Notes under the pieces: generated by a model | Databases searched by the model: none | The model's input: only the letters and a program-made list of their open reading frames with translations | What the model was told of the DNA's origin: nothing | Made by a program: the position numbers and the translations under genes | Shown: piece after piece, positions 12,371 to 23,598 of the stretch | How the letters are laid out: each line of letters opens with the position of its first letter | How positions within the stretch are numbered: the stretch's first letter is position 1 | Assembly (NCBI RefSeq): GCF_963921235.1 | Contig: NC_086097.1 | Location: 186,001 to 250,000, forward strand | Length of the DNA stretch: 64,000 nt | From: Mobula hypostoma | Taxonomy: Eukaryota | Reading direction: 5' to 3'

Positions 12371-15300
12371 TAGAAACATAAAAAACCTACAGCATGATAC
12401 AGGCCCTTCAGCCCACAAAGTTGTGCCAAACATGTCCTTATCTTAGAAATTACTAGCCTTACCCTTAGACCTCTATTTTTCTTAGCTCCGTGTACCGACC
12501 CAAAACTCTCTTAAAAGACCCGATCATATCCACCTCCACCAACGTTGCCGGCAGACCATTCCACACACTCACCACTCTCTATGAGTATAAAGCTTACCCC
12601 TGACATCTCCTCTGTACCTTCTCCCCAGCACCCTCAATCTGTGTCCTCTTGTGGCAACCATTTCAGCCCTGGAAAAAAGCCTCTGACTAGTTCCAAGGGT
12701 TTAGATGGGGCAGAATTTGTTAAGTGTGTCAAGGATGGATTCCTGACAGAGTACGTGGACAGGCCGACCAGGGGGAATGCCATACTAGATCTAGTACTAG
12801 GTAATGAACCGGGTCAGGTCACAGATCTCTCAGTGGGTGAGCATCTGGGGGACAGTGACCACCGCTCTCTGGCCTTTATAATTATCATGGAAAAGGATAG
12901 AATCAAAGAGGACAGGAAAATTTTTAATTGGGGAAAGGCAAATTATGAGGCTATAAGGCTAGAACTTGCGGGTGTGAATTGGGATGATGTTTTTGCAGGG
13001 AAATGTACTATGGACATGTGGTCGATGTTTAGAGATCTCTTGTGGGATGTAAGGGATAAATTTGTCCCGGTGAGGAAGATAAAGAATGGTAGGGTGAAGG
13101 AACCATGGGTGACAAGTGAGGTGGAAAATCTAGTCAGGAGGAAGAAGGCAGCATACATGAGGTTCAGGAAGCAAGGATCAGATGGGTCTATTGAGGAATA
13201 TAGGGAAGCAAGAAAGGAGCTTAAGAAGGGGCTGAGAAGAGCAAGAAGGGGGCATGAGAAAGCCTTGGCGAGTAGGGTAAAGGAAAACCCCAAGGCATTC
13301 TTCAATTATGTGAAGAAAAAAAGGATGACAGGAGTGAAGGTAGGACCGATTAGAGATAAAGGTGGGAAGATGTGCCTGGAGGCTGTGGAAGTGAGCGAGG
13401 TCCTCAATAAATACTTGTCTTCGGTATTCACCAATGAGAGGGATCTTGATGACGGTGAGGACAATATGAGTGAGGTTGATGTTCTGTAGCATGCTGATAT
13501 TAAGGGAGAGGAGGTGTTGGAGTTGTTAAAATACATTAGGACAGATAAGTCCCCGGGGCCTGACGGAATATTCCCGAGGCTGCTCCACGAGGCGAGAGAA
13601 GAGATTGCTGAGCCTCTGGCTTGGATCTTTATGTCCTCGTTGTCCATGGGAATGGTACCGGAGTATTGGAGGGAGGCGAATGTTGTTCCCTTGTTAAAAA
13701 AAAGGTAGTAGGGATAGTCCGGGTAATTATAGACCAGTGAGCCTTACGTCTGTGGTGGGAAAGCTGTTGGAAAAGATTCTTAGAGATAGGATCTCTGGGC
13801 ATTTAGAGAATCATAGTCTGATCAGGGACAGTCAGCATGGCTTTGTGAAGGGCAGATCGTGCCTAACAAGCCTGATAGAGTTCTTTGAGGAGGTGACCAG
13901 GCATATAGATGAGGGTAGTGCAGTGGATGTGATCTATATGGATTTTAGTAAGGCATTTGACAAGGTTCCACACGGTAGGCTTATTCAGAAAGTTAGAAGG
14001 CATGGGATCCAGGGAAGTTTGGCCAGATGGATTCAGAATTGGCTTGCCTGCAGAAGGCAGAGGGTGGTCGTGGAGGGAGTACATTCAGATTGGAGGATTG
14101 TGACTAGTGGTGTCCCACAAGGATCTGTTCTGGGACCTCTACTTTTCGTAATTTTTATTAACGACCTGGATGTGAGGGTAGAAGAGGGGTTGGCAAGTTT
14201 GCAGACGACACAAAGGTTGGTGGTGTTGTAGATAGTGCAGAGGATTGTCAAAGATTGCAGAGAGACATTGATTGGATGCAGAAGTGGGCTGAGAAGTGGC
14301 AGATGGAGTTCAACCCGGAGAAATGTGAGGTGGTACACTTTGGAAGGACAAACTCCAAGGCAGAGTACAAAGTAAAGGGCAGGATACTTGGTAGTGTGGA
14401 GGAGCAGAGGGATCTTGGTGTACATGTCCACAGATCCCTGAAAGTTGCCTCACAGGTGGATAGGGTAGTTAAGAAAGCTTCTGGGGTGTTAGCTTTCATA
14501 AGTCGAGGGATAGAGTTTAAGAGTCACGATGTAATGATGCAGCTCTATAAAACTCTGGTTAGGCCACACTTGGAGTATTGTGTCCAGTTCTGGTCACTTC
14601 ACTATAGGAAGGATGTGGAAGCATTGGAAAGGGTACAGAGGAGATTTACCAGGATGCTGCCTGGATTAGAAAGTATACATTATGATCAGAGATTAAGGGA
14701 GCTAGGGCTTTGCTCTTTGGAGAGAAGGAGGATGAGAGGAGACATGATAGAGGTGTACAAGATAATAAGAAGAATAGACAGAGTGGATAGCCAGCGCCTC
14801 TTCCCCAGGGCACCACTGCTCAATACAAGAGGACATCGCTTTAAGGTAAGGGGTGGGAAGTTCAATGGGGGATACTGGAGGAAGATTTTTTACTCAGAGA
14901 GTGGTTGGTGCGTGGAATGCACAGCCTGGATCAGTGGTGGAGGCAGATACACTAGTGAAGTTTAAGAGACTACTAGACAGGTATATGGAGGAACCTAAGG
15001 TGGGGGCTTATATGGGAGGCAGGGTTTGAGGGTCGGCACAACATTGTGGGCCGAAGGGCCTGTACTGTGCTGTACTATTCTATGTTCTATCCACACGATC
15101 AATGACTCTCATCATCTTATACACCTCTATCAGGTCACCTCTCATCCTCCATCATTCCGAGGAGAAAAGGCTGAGCTCACTCAACCTGTTATCATAAGGC
15201 ATGCCCCCCAATCCAGGCAACATCCTTGTAAATCTCCTCTGCACCCTTTCTATGGTTTCCACATCCTTCCTGTAGTGAGGCGACCAGAACTGAGCACAGT

Positions 15301-16311
15301 ACTCCAAGTGGGGTCTGACCAGGCTCCTGTATAGTTGCAACATTACCTCTCGGCTCCTAAATTCAATTCCATGATTAATGAAGGCCAGTACACCGTATGC
15401 CTTCTTAACCACAGAGTCAACCTGCGCAGCTGCTTTGAGCGTCCTATGGACTCGGACCCCAAGATCCCTCTGATCCTCCACACTGCCAAGAGTCTTACCA
15501 TTAATACTGTATTCTGCCATCATATTTGACCTACCAAAATGAACCACCTCACACCTATCTGGGTTGAATTCCATCTGCCACTTCTCAGCCCAGTTTTGCA
15601 TCCTATCAATGTCTCACTGTAACCTCTCACAGCCCTGCATACTCTCCACAACACCTCCAACCTTTGTGTCATCAGCAAACTTACTAACCCATCCCTCCAC
15701 TTCCTCATCCAGCTCATTTATAAAAATCACGAAGAGTAAGGGTCCCAAAACGGATCCCTGAGGTACACCACTGGTCACCGACCTCCATGCAGAATATGAC
15801 CCGTCTACAACCACTCTTTGCCTTCTGTGGGCAAGCCCGTTCTGGATCCATAAAGCAATTTCCCCTTGGATCCCATGCCTCCTTACCTTCTCAATAAGCC
15901 TTGCATGGGGTACCTCTCCAAATGTTCATAAATCCTGCCTCTCAGGATCTTCTCCATCAACTTACCAAACACAGAAGTAAGACTCACTGGTCTATAATTT
16001 CCTGGGCTATCTCTACTCCCTTTCTTGAATAAAGGAACAATATCTGCAACCCTCCAATTCTCCGGAACCTCTCCCGTCCCCATTGATGATTCAAAGATCA
16101 TCGCCAGAGGCTCAGCAATCTCCTCCCTCGCCTCCCACAGTAGCCTGGGGTATATCTCGTCCAGTCCCGGCGACTTATCCATCTAGATACTTTCCAAAAG
16201 CTCCAGCACATCCTCTTTCTTAATATTTACATGCTCAAGCTTTTCAGTCTGCTGCAAGTCAGCAGTACAATCACCAAGATCCTTTTCCATAGAGAATACT
16301 GAAGTAAAGTA
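12371..16311 (-). mobile_element. CR1 family C (minus), split into 12371-12689 and 15091-16311 by a nested CR1
   Basis: The halves rejoin as gcctctgacta|tccacacgatcaatg, as in uninterrupted family C copies (cf. 44438-44463). Confidence 0.9.
12688..15090 (+). mobile_element. 5'-truncated young CR1 LINE (family D)
   Basis: Long ORF2 pieces (12545-13489, 13737-14231, 14255-14965); tail tattctatgttctat; very similar to 53876-56760. Confidence 0.95.
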
Positions 16312-16879
16312 TACACAATTTTACCATGAGATTCCTCTCCTTCCAGGCAGCCACAAAACAAAGAAACCTAAAAAAATGTCAGATACCCAGTGCGCAGAGA
16401 AAGAAAAAATAACAAACCGTGCAAAAAACGAAAGCAAGCAAATAGCTTCAGAACTGGAGCTTTACGAAAGACACAAAGCCAAGCATCACTGCAACTGGCA
16501 CAGGCACAGTTAACAGCCATAGTCCATTCCAAAGCCAAGTAAGCGTTGTGAGACAACGGAAGCGAAACCAGGCATTACTGTAGCCTGCACTGCACTCCAG
16601 CGTACAGCCAAACCAACGCCCTGACTTAGCAAGCAGAACCGGCCCGTCCCTTGCCTCTGGTCCCAGCACTTTGACCTATTCAATCTGGCCCAGCGCTTAA
16701 ATTGGCCGAACAGTGGGTTATTCCTTGCTCCCAGAGCACTTTGCCGGTCTGTACCTAACCATTCCAATTCAGCCCAGTGTTTAAATGAATCAGACATCAC
16801 CAATTTCCTCACTCTCAGGGCGCCATGATTCTGCCTTGAATCTCCTTCGACCCTGATTACACTTGCCATAACCAGGCCT
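16310..16879 (-). mobile_element. Body of a second non-autonomous retroelement whose tail lies at 10758-10777 and 12350-12372
   Basis: Removing the Tc1 and CR1s gives a continuous aagttcaaagttgaaagta-catttatcatcaatgcacgta-tacacaattttaccatgagattc, a LINE/SINE-like 3' end with a short-repeat tail. Confidence 0.55.
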
Positions 16880-17090
16880 TAAGACCATAAGATATAGGAG
16901 CAGAATTAGGCCATTCAGCCCATCAAGTCTGCTCTGCCATTCCATTATGACTGATCCTGGATCCCACTCAACCCCAAACACCTACCTCCTCCCCATACCC
17001 TTTGATGTCCTGACCGATCAAGAAACAATCAACTTCTGCCTTAAATATACGTACGGACTTGGCCTCTACTGCAGTCTGTGGCAGAGCATT
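16880..17090 (-). mobile_element. CR1 3' end fragment
   Basis: Tail taagaccataagatatagg and ORF2 terminus ALPQTAVEAKS. Confidence 0.8.
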
Positions 17091-17259
17091 CTTCCCTGCA
17101 CATCTGCCACCGCTCGTCTCTGCTTGCCATGATACCTCTTTACTCGCCTCTCCATTGTCATTAATCAAGTGTTATTAAATAGGCATATATTGCAGTTGTT
17201 TTCATTCCATTACAGTAATCGCTGGGCATCGCCAGTGTCATCTTAAACCGAAAGAACAA

Positions 17260-17260
17260 T

Positions 17261-17316
<56 letters not shown>
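17260..17316. repeat. Compound (CT)n(CA)n microsatellite
   Basis: Directly visible. Confidence 0.95.
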
Positions 17317-17486
17317 CTATCTCATCTCCTCAACAGTCCGCTCACCGACTGTTCCATGCACAAATTCTCAACTCCCCAGTGTTTGCATCCACTCACACCC
17401 ACCCCTTGCATGCATTTAACAAACTCATGGTAAAAGCTCAGCCTTGTTCTGGTTTTAAATGTGGAAGCCAAACAAGTGACAGAGTG

Positions 17487-17709
17487 CAAACACGTGGAAA
17501 TCTGCAGATGCTGGAAATTCAAGCAACACACATCAAAGTTGTTGGTGAATGCAGCAGGCCGGGCAGCATCTCTAGGAAGAGGTACAGTCAACGTTTCAGG
17601 CCAAGACCCTTCGTCCTGACGAAGGGTTTCGGCCCGAAACGTCGTCTGTACCTCTTCCTAGAGATGCTGCCTGGCCTGCTGTGTTCACCAGCAACTTTGA
17701 TGTGTGTTG
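17487..17709. mobile_element. Palindromic Penelope-like terminal-repeat insertion with hammerhead motif
   Basis: Inverted arms ~17523-17615 / 17618-17710; 14-bp TSD CAAGTGACAGAGTG (17473-86, 17710-23); CTGACGA...GAAACGTC at 17616-17643. Confidence 0.9.
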
Positions 17710-17760
17710 CAAGTGACAGAGTGAATAAGATAAAGTGAACAGCAGACACTGAACCACTAC

Positions 17761-17933
17761 CTGTGACAATGAACCATATTGGTCTGGGTATCTTCCCAGG
17801 TGGTTTTGATCTCTCTCAGTGCCTGATGGATCTCGTGCTTCTTGGCTTCACTGGTGTGGTCCAGCAATAAATCTGCCTTCACCTGCACCTTATGTATCCA
17901 CATGCTTCCTTCAGGTTCCTTAGCCAAAATTTC
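17761..17933 (-). CDS. SYNE3: Nesprin-3 (SYNE3)-like second coding exon (173 nt, spectrin repeat)
   Basis: Not in the ORF track. Reads EILAKEPEGSMWIHKVQVKADLLLDHTSEAKKHEIHQALREIKTTWEDTQTNMVHCH, matching human KICQLEPEGRVRVDLVLRMAEALLACCPGDQKPGILARLKDIKAQWEETVTYMTHCH. Acceptor ttttatgtttgatag|GAA is phase 0 and fits the upstream exon; donor CAG|gtagtg. The next exon was not found, so the gene probably continues left of the window. Confidence 0.88.
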
Positions 17934-17980
17934 CTATCAAACATAAAAAAAATAAGGGAAGAGATAAAGATTGGCATGTA

Positions 17981-18229
17981 CATCGAAACATCAAAACATA
18001 TATGGAGATGTATCATTTTCATCCTAAACTAAACCATTCCAAGGTGTTCTGGTGGCAGCCCGCAAGTGTCAACATGCTTCTGGCACCAACACTAACCCTA
18101 ACCCAAATGTGGGAAGAACCTAGAACACCAAGAGGAAACCCATGCAGTCATGGGGAGAACATACAAGCTCCTAACAAACAGTGGAAGGAATTGAACCCTG
18201 ATCACTGGCCACTATTCTACTGTGTTGCC
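17981..18229 (-). mobile_element. Degenerate tRNA-derived V-SINE (HE1-like)
   Basis: Minus strand has B-box GGTTCAATTCC followed by a V-domain-like TGTTCTCCCCATGACTGCATGGGTTTCCTC...TTCTTCCCACA. Confidence 0.7.
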
Positions 18230-18276
18230 ACAAATAAAAAGTTGCCAATTTTTAAACAGTTGATTAACTCTAGTGA

Positions 18277-19716
18277 CTTGTTACACACACCTGTTAGGGT
18301 GCATTCTCCAGTTACCTTATAAGTAGCCTTCAGCCAGGAGCAGATGTCATCAGGTGGTTCCTAACCTTCACCGAGTGTTTTGACCCTTAACCACGACACC
18401 CTCCAGTTGCCAAATCACTGCCCGTCTGCTCCTGGCTTCCAGCTCCCCTCCTCTCGCCTACTCCAAATCCAACAAGAAGCTCGTTCTGCCTCTTCCCCAT
18501 CCTACGAACTGCTTGTTTTTTGCTCTTTTCGTTCAGGCCCAGATCTGACAACAACCGCCATGCTGATTTGGCTGGGAAACCTCTGCAGCCAATCTCCACA
18601 GGGAACAACCATGCCTGCCATCCCTTGTCTTTACACTCCTGCAGTAAAGGGCTGGTACTTCAAGGCCTTTCTCTCGTGGGCCTCTTCTCATCCCTCCTCC
18701 CACGGCACAGTCAACTCGACCAGAATTATTTTCTTGTCTTCCATTGACCACCGTACAATGTCCGGGCGTAGGATTGTGTGCACATCTGGGGAACTGCAAC
18801 CTCCTTTCCACATCGACCCTCATCTCCCAGGACCTGGCCGTTAGCAGCAGATTGGGCTTTGGTTGTTCGGTTACGAAAGGCCTGGCTCCCTCTTTGATGA
18901 AGGTGATGGCCTTCCTCAAATCTGTGCCAGCCATCCTCTTCTTGCATCTCTCCCGCTCTAGTGTGTCAGCAAGAGCCAGAAGCACCTTATCATGGCGCCA
19001 TCTACACCATCCTTGAGTTAGAGCTGTTTTACATCCAGACAGTATATGAGCCAGTGTCCTCTTTTTGACCACAGAGCTTACAGATCGGGTCCTCTCCCAT
19101 CCCTCATGTGTACAGATGTAATGGTGAAGGAAGGGTGTAATACACGGATCGCAAGAGGAAGGAAATACGGAAGGGCTCCAGTCTCCATAACTCTGCTCAT
19201 GAGATCTTGTGCTTAGGCAGATCCCATTTTGTCCAGGCACCCTGGGACCCTTGTTCCACTGTCTTTGAAATCTGCTTCTCTTCCTCACGGATCCGTACTT
19301 CTGCCTGTATCATGTCTCGCCTGTTCCCTATGCTTACGTTTCCCCACTTCTGGAAGTGAACTGAGCTGAGGTCTTGCTGCCCGACGCAGGGGTTGCCGAT
19401 GATATCTCGCAGCTTCAGAGAGCACACTGCCTCCTCCACAGCTGCGTTGGCTGCCCACTTATGCCCAGATATGGTTGTAACGCCTGCTCGCTTTACGAGA
19501 CGTCATTAGAATCTCTCAAGCTTAATAAAGCTCTGCATTTTGCCACCTTGAATTCCTCCACAACAGATGACAGGGGAAGCTGCAGTTGCCCAGACGAATG
19601 TAAAGGCCCACTGAAGAGAAGCTTGGGGAAACTCCCAACCATCTCTGCAGGTGCTTGTTGGTTTTCCTCTCGATGCCCTCTACAACAGTCATGGGAACTC
19701 ATAAAGTGTGAAGAGC
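18277..19716 (-). mobile_element. 5'-truncated Hero-like (RLE-type) non-LTR retrotransposon
   Basis: Frameshifted ORF with CCHC knuckle CKLCGQK/RTLAHILSGC, WRHDKVL, restriction-like endonuclease RPDIVRWS...IILVELTVPWEE and PVEIGCRGF. Flanked by 113-bp direct repeats. Confidence 0.88.
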
Positions 19717-20751
19717 CAAGCTCCTAACAAACAGTGGCAGGAATTGAACCCTGATCACTGGCCACTATTCTACTGTGTTGCCACAAATAAAAAGTTGCCA
19801 ATTTTTAAACAGTTGATTAACTCTAGTGAGAACCAGGCTGAATGTTGCAAACAAGAGAAAATCTGCAGATGCTGGAAATCGAAGCAACACCACACAAAAT
19901 GCTGGAGGAACCTAGCAGGCCAGGCAGCATCTATACAGTCGACGTTTCAGGCCAAAATCCTTCAGCAGGACTGGAGAAAGAAAGGTGAGTAGTAGATTTA
20001 AAAGGTGGGGGAAGGGGACAGAGAAACACCAGGTGATAGGTGAAACCTGGAGGGGGAGGGATGAAGTAAAGAGCTGCAAAGTCGACTGGTGAAAGAGAGA
20101 GAAAGCCATGGAAGAAAAAAAGGGGGAGGGACATATCAGAATGGGAATGGGAAGTGGTCACTGGGACATCTGGCTTGTTCTGGCGAACTGAGCATAGATG
20201 CTTGGTGAAGCCGTCTCCCAATCTACGTCGGGTCTCACTGATATACAGAAGGCCACACCATGAGCGCGAACACAGTAAATGACCCCAACAGACTCACAGG
20301 TGAAGTGTCGCCTCACCTGGAAGGACTGCTTAGGGCCCTGAATGGTAGTGAGAGAGGTGGTGTAGGAACAGGTGTAGCACTTGTTCTGCTTGCAAAGATA
20401 AGTGCCAGCATGGAGATCAGTGGGGAGGGGCAAATGAACAAGAGAGTCTCGTAGGGAGCAATCTCTGCAGAATGCAGAATGTTGGGGGGGGGGGAAGAAA
20501 GAAAGTTATGCTTGGTGGTGGGATCCTGTTGGAGGTGGTGGAAGTTTTGGAGAATTATGTGCTGGACAGGGAGGCCGGTGGGGTGGTAGTGAGGACAAGA
20601 GGAACCCTATCCCTGGTAGGGTGGCGGGAGGGTGGGTTAAGAGCAGACTACGTGAAATGGAAGAGATGCGGTTGAGGGCAACGTTGATGGTGGAGGAAGG
20701 GAAACTCCTTTCTTTGAAAAAGAAGACTATCTCCTTTGTTCTGGAATGTAA

Positions 20752-21346
20752 AGCTTCATTCAAGAGGTCTAGAATACAAGAGCAGGGATGTGATGCTGAG
20801 GCTTTATAAGGCACTGCTGAGGCCTCACCTTGAGTATTGTGAACAGTTTTGGGCCCCTTATCTTAGAAAAAATGTGCTGGCATTGGAGATGGTCCAGAGG
20901 AGGTTCAGAAAGATGATTTCAGGAATGTAAGAGTTATCATATGAGGAATGTTTGAAGGCTCTGGGTCTGTACTCGCTGGAATTCAGAAGGATGATGGAGG
21001 ATCTCATTGAAACCTTTCGAATGTTGAAAGGCCTAGACAGAGTAGATGTGGAAAGGATGTTTCCCATGGCGGGAGAGTCGAGGACAGCCTCAGGATAGAG
21101 GAGTGCCCTTTCAAACGAAAGATGCGGAAAAATCTCTTTAGCCAAAGGATGATGAACTTGTGGAATTTGTTGCCACATGCAGCTGTGGAAGCCAGTTCGT
21201 TGGTCGTATTTAAGGCAAAGATTGATAGGTTCTTGATTGGACATGACATCAAAGGTTACGGGACAAGGCCAAGAACTGGGGTTGAGGAAGGGGAAAAAAA
21301 AAAGGATCAGCCACGATTGATTGGCAGAGCAGACTCAATGGGCCAG
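20752..21346 (+). mobile_element. CR1 3' fragment (last ~30 bp displaced to 23600-23630)
   Basis: HLEYCEQFWAP motif; the 3'UTR is interrupted at gggcca|atggcct. Confidence 0.85.
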
Positions 21347-23598
21347 ATAGAAACATAGAAAATAGGTGCAGGAGTAGGCCATTTGGCCCTTCGAGCCTGC
21401 ACCGCCATTTATTATGATCATGGCTGATCATCCAACTCAGAACCCCGCCCCAGCCTTCCCTCCATACCCCCTGATCCCCGTAGCCACAAGGGCCATATCT
21501 AACTCCCTCTTAAATACAGCCAATGAACTGGCCTCAACTGTTTCCTGTGGCAGAGAATTCCACAGATTCACCACTCTCTGTGTGAAGAAGTTTTTCCTAA
21601 TCTCAGTCCTAAAAGGCTTCCCCTTTATCCTCAAACCGTGACCCCTTGTTCTGGACTTCCCCAACATCGGGAACAATCTTCCTGCATCTAGCCTGTCCAA
21701 TCCCTTTAGGATTTTATACGTTTCAATCAGAACCCTCTCAATCTTCTAAATTCCGATGAGTACAAGCCCAGTTCATCCAGTCTTTCTTCATATGAAAGTC
21801 CTGCCATCCCAGGAATCAATCTGGTGAACCTTCTTTGTACTCCCTCTATGGCAAGGATGTCTTTCCTCAGATTAGGGGACCAAAACTGCACACAATACTC
21901 CAGGTGTGGTCTCACCAAGGCCTTGTGCAACTGCAGTAGTACCTCCCTGCTCCTGTACTCGAATCCTCTCGCTATAAATGCCAGCATACCATTCGCCTTT
22001 TTCCACCGCCTGCTGTACCTGCATGCCCACTTTCAATGACTAGTGTATAATGACACCCAGGTCTCGTTGCACCTCCCCTTTTCCTAATCGGCCACCATTC
22101 AGATAATAATCTGTTTTCATATTTTTGCCACCAAAGTGGATAACTTCACATTTATCCACATTAAATTGCATCTGCCATGAATTTGCCCACTCACCCAACC
22201 TATCCAAGTCACTCTGCATCCTCTTAGCATCCTCCTCACAGCTAACACTGCCACCCAGCTTCGTGTCCTCCGCAAACTTGGAGATGCTGCATTTAATTCC
22301 CTCATCCAAGTCATTAATATATATTGTAAACAACTGGGGTCCCAGCACTGAGCCTTGCGGTACCCCACTAGTCACCGCCTGCCATTCTGAAAAGGTTCCG
22401 TTTATTCCCACTCTTTTCTTCCTGTCTGCTAACCAATTCTCCATCCACATCAATACCTTACCCACAATACCGTGTGCTTTAAGTTTGCACACTAATCTCC
22501 TGTGTGGGACCTTGTCAAAAGCCTTTTGAAAATCCAAATATACCACATCCACTGGTTCTCCCCTATCCACTCTACCGGTTACATCCTCAAAAAATTCTAT
22601 GAGATTCGTCAGACATGATTTTCCTTTCACAAATCCATGCAGACTTTGTCCGATGATTTCACCGCTTTCCAAATGTGCTGTTATCACATCTTTGATAACT
22701 GACTCCAGCAGTTTCCCCACCACCGACGTTAGGCTAACCGGTCTATAATTCCCCGGTTTCTCTCTCCCTCCTTTTTTAAAAAATGGGGTTACATTAGCCA
22801 CCCTCCAATCCTCAGGAACTAGTCCAGAATCTCACAAGTTTTGAAAAATTATCACTAATGCATCCACTATTTCTTGGGCTACTTCCTTAAGCACTCTAGG
22901 ATGCAGACCATCTGGCCCTGGGGATTTATCTGCCTTTAATCCCTGCAATTTACCTAACACCACTTCCCTACTAACAAGTATTTCGCTCAGTTCCTCCATC
23001 TCACTGGACCCTCTGTCCCCTACTATTTCTGGAAGATTATTTATGTCCTCCTTAGTGAAGACAGAACCAAAGTAATTATTCAATTGGTCTGCCATGTCCT
23101 TGCTCCCCATAATCAATTCACCTGTTTCTGTCTGTAGGGGACCTACATTTGTCTTTACCAGTCTTTTCCTTTTTACATATCTATAAAAGCTTTTACAGTC
23201 AGTTTTTATGTTCCCTGCCAGTTTTCTCTCATAATCTTTTTTCCCCTTCCTAATTAAGCCCTTTGTCCTCCTCTGCTGAACTCTGAATTTCTCCCAGTCC
23301 TCAGGTGAGCCACTTTCTCTGGCTAATTTGTATGCTTCTTCTTTGGAATTGATACTATCCCTAATTTCTCTTGTCAGCCACGGGTGCACTACCTTCCTTG
23401 ATTTATTCTTATGCCAAACTGGGATGAACAATTGTTGTAGTTCATCCATGCAACCTTTAAATGCTTGCCATTGCATATCCACCGTCAATCCTTTAAGTGT
23501 CATTTGCCAGTCTATCTTAGCTAATTCACGTCTCATACCTTCAAAGTTACCCCTCTTTAAGTTCAGAACCTTTGTTTTTGAATTAACTATGTCACTCT
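21347..23598 (-). mobile_element. 5'-truncated young CR1 family A
   Basis: ORFs 22040-22801 and 22832-23536; near-identical to 924-2900. Confidence 0.95.

Noticed and set aside
18340..18700. In-frame TGA (PWEEG*EEA) plus 3'UTR CTGATGA in the Hero-like element as a SECIS or hammerhead
   Set aside because: The hairpin is too short for a SECIS and there is no intact GAAA/NUH arrangement. The copy has other frameshifts, so the TGA is most simply decay.
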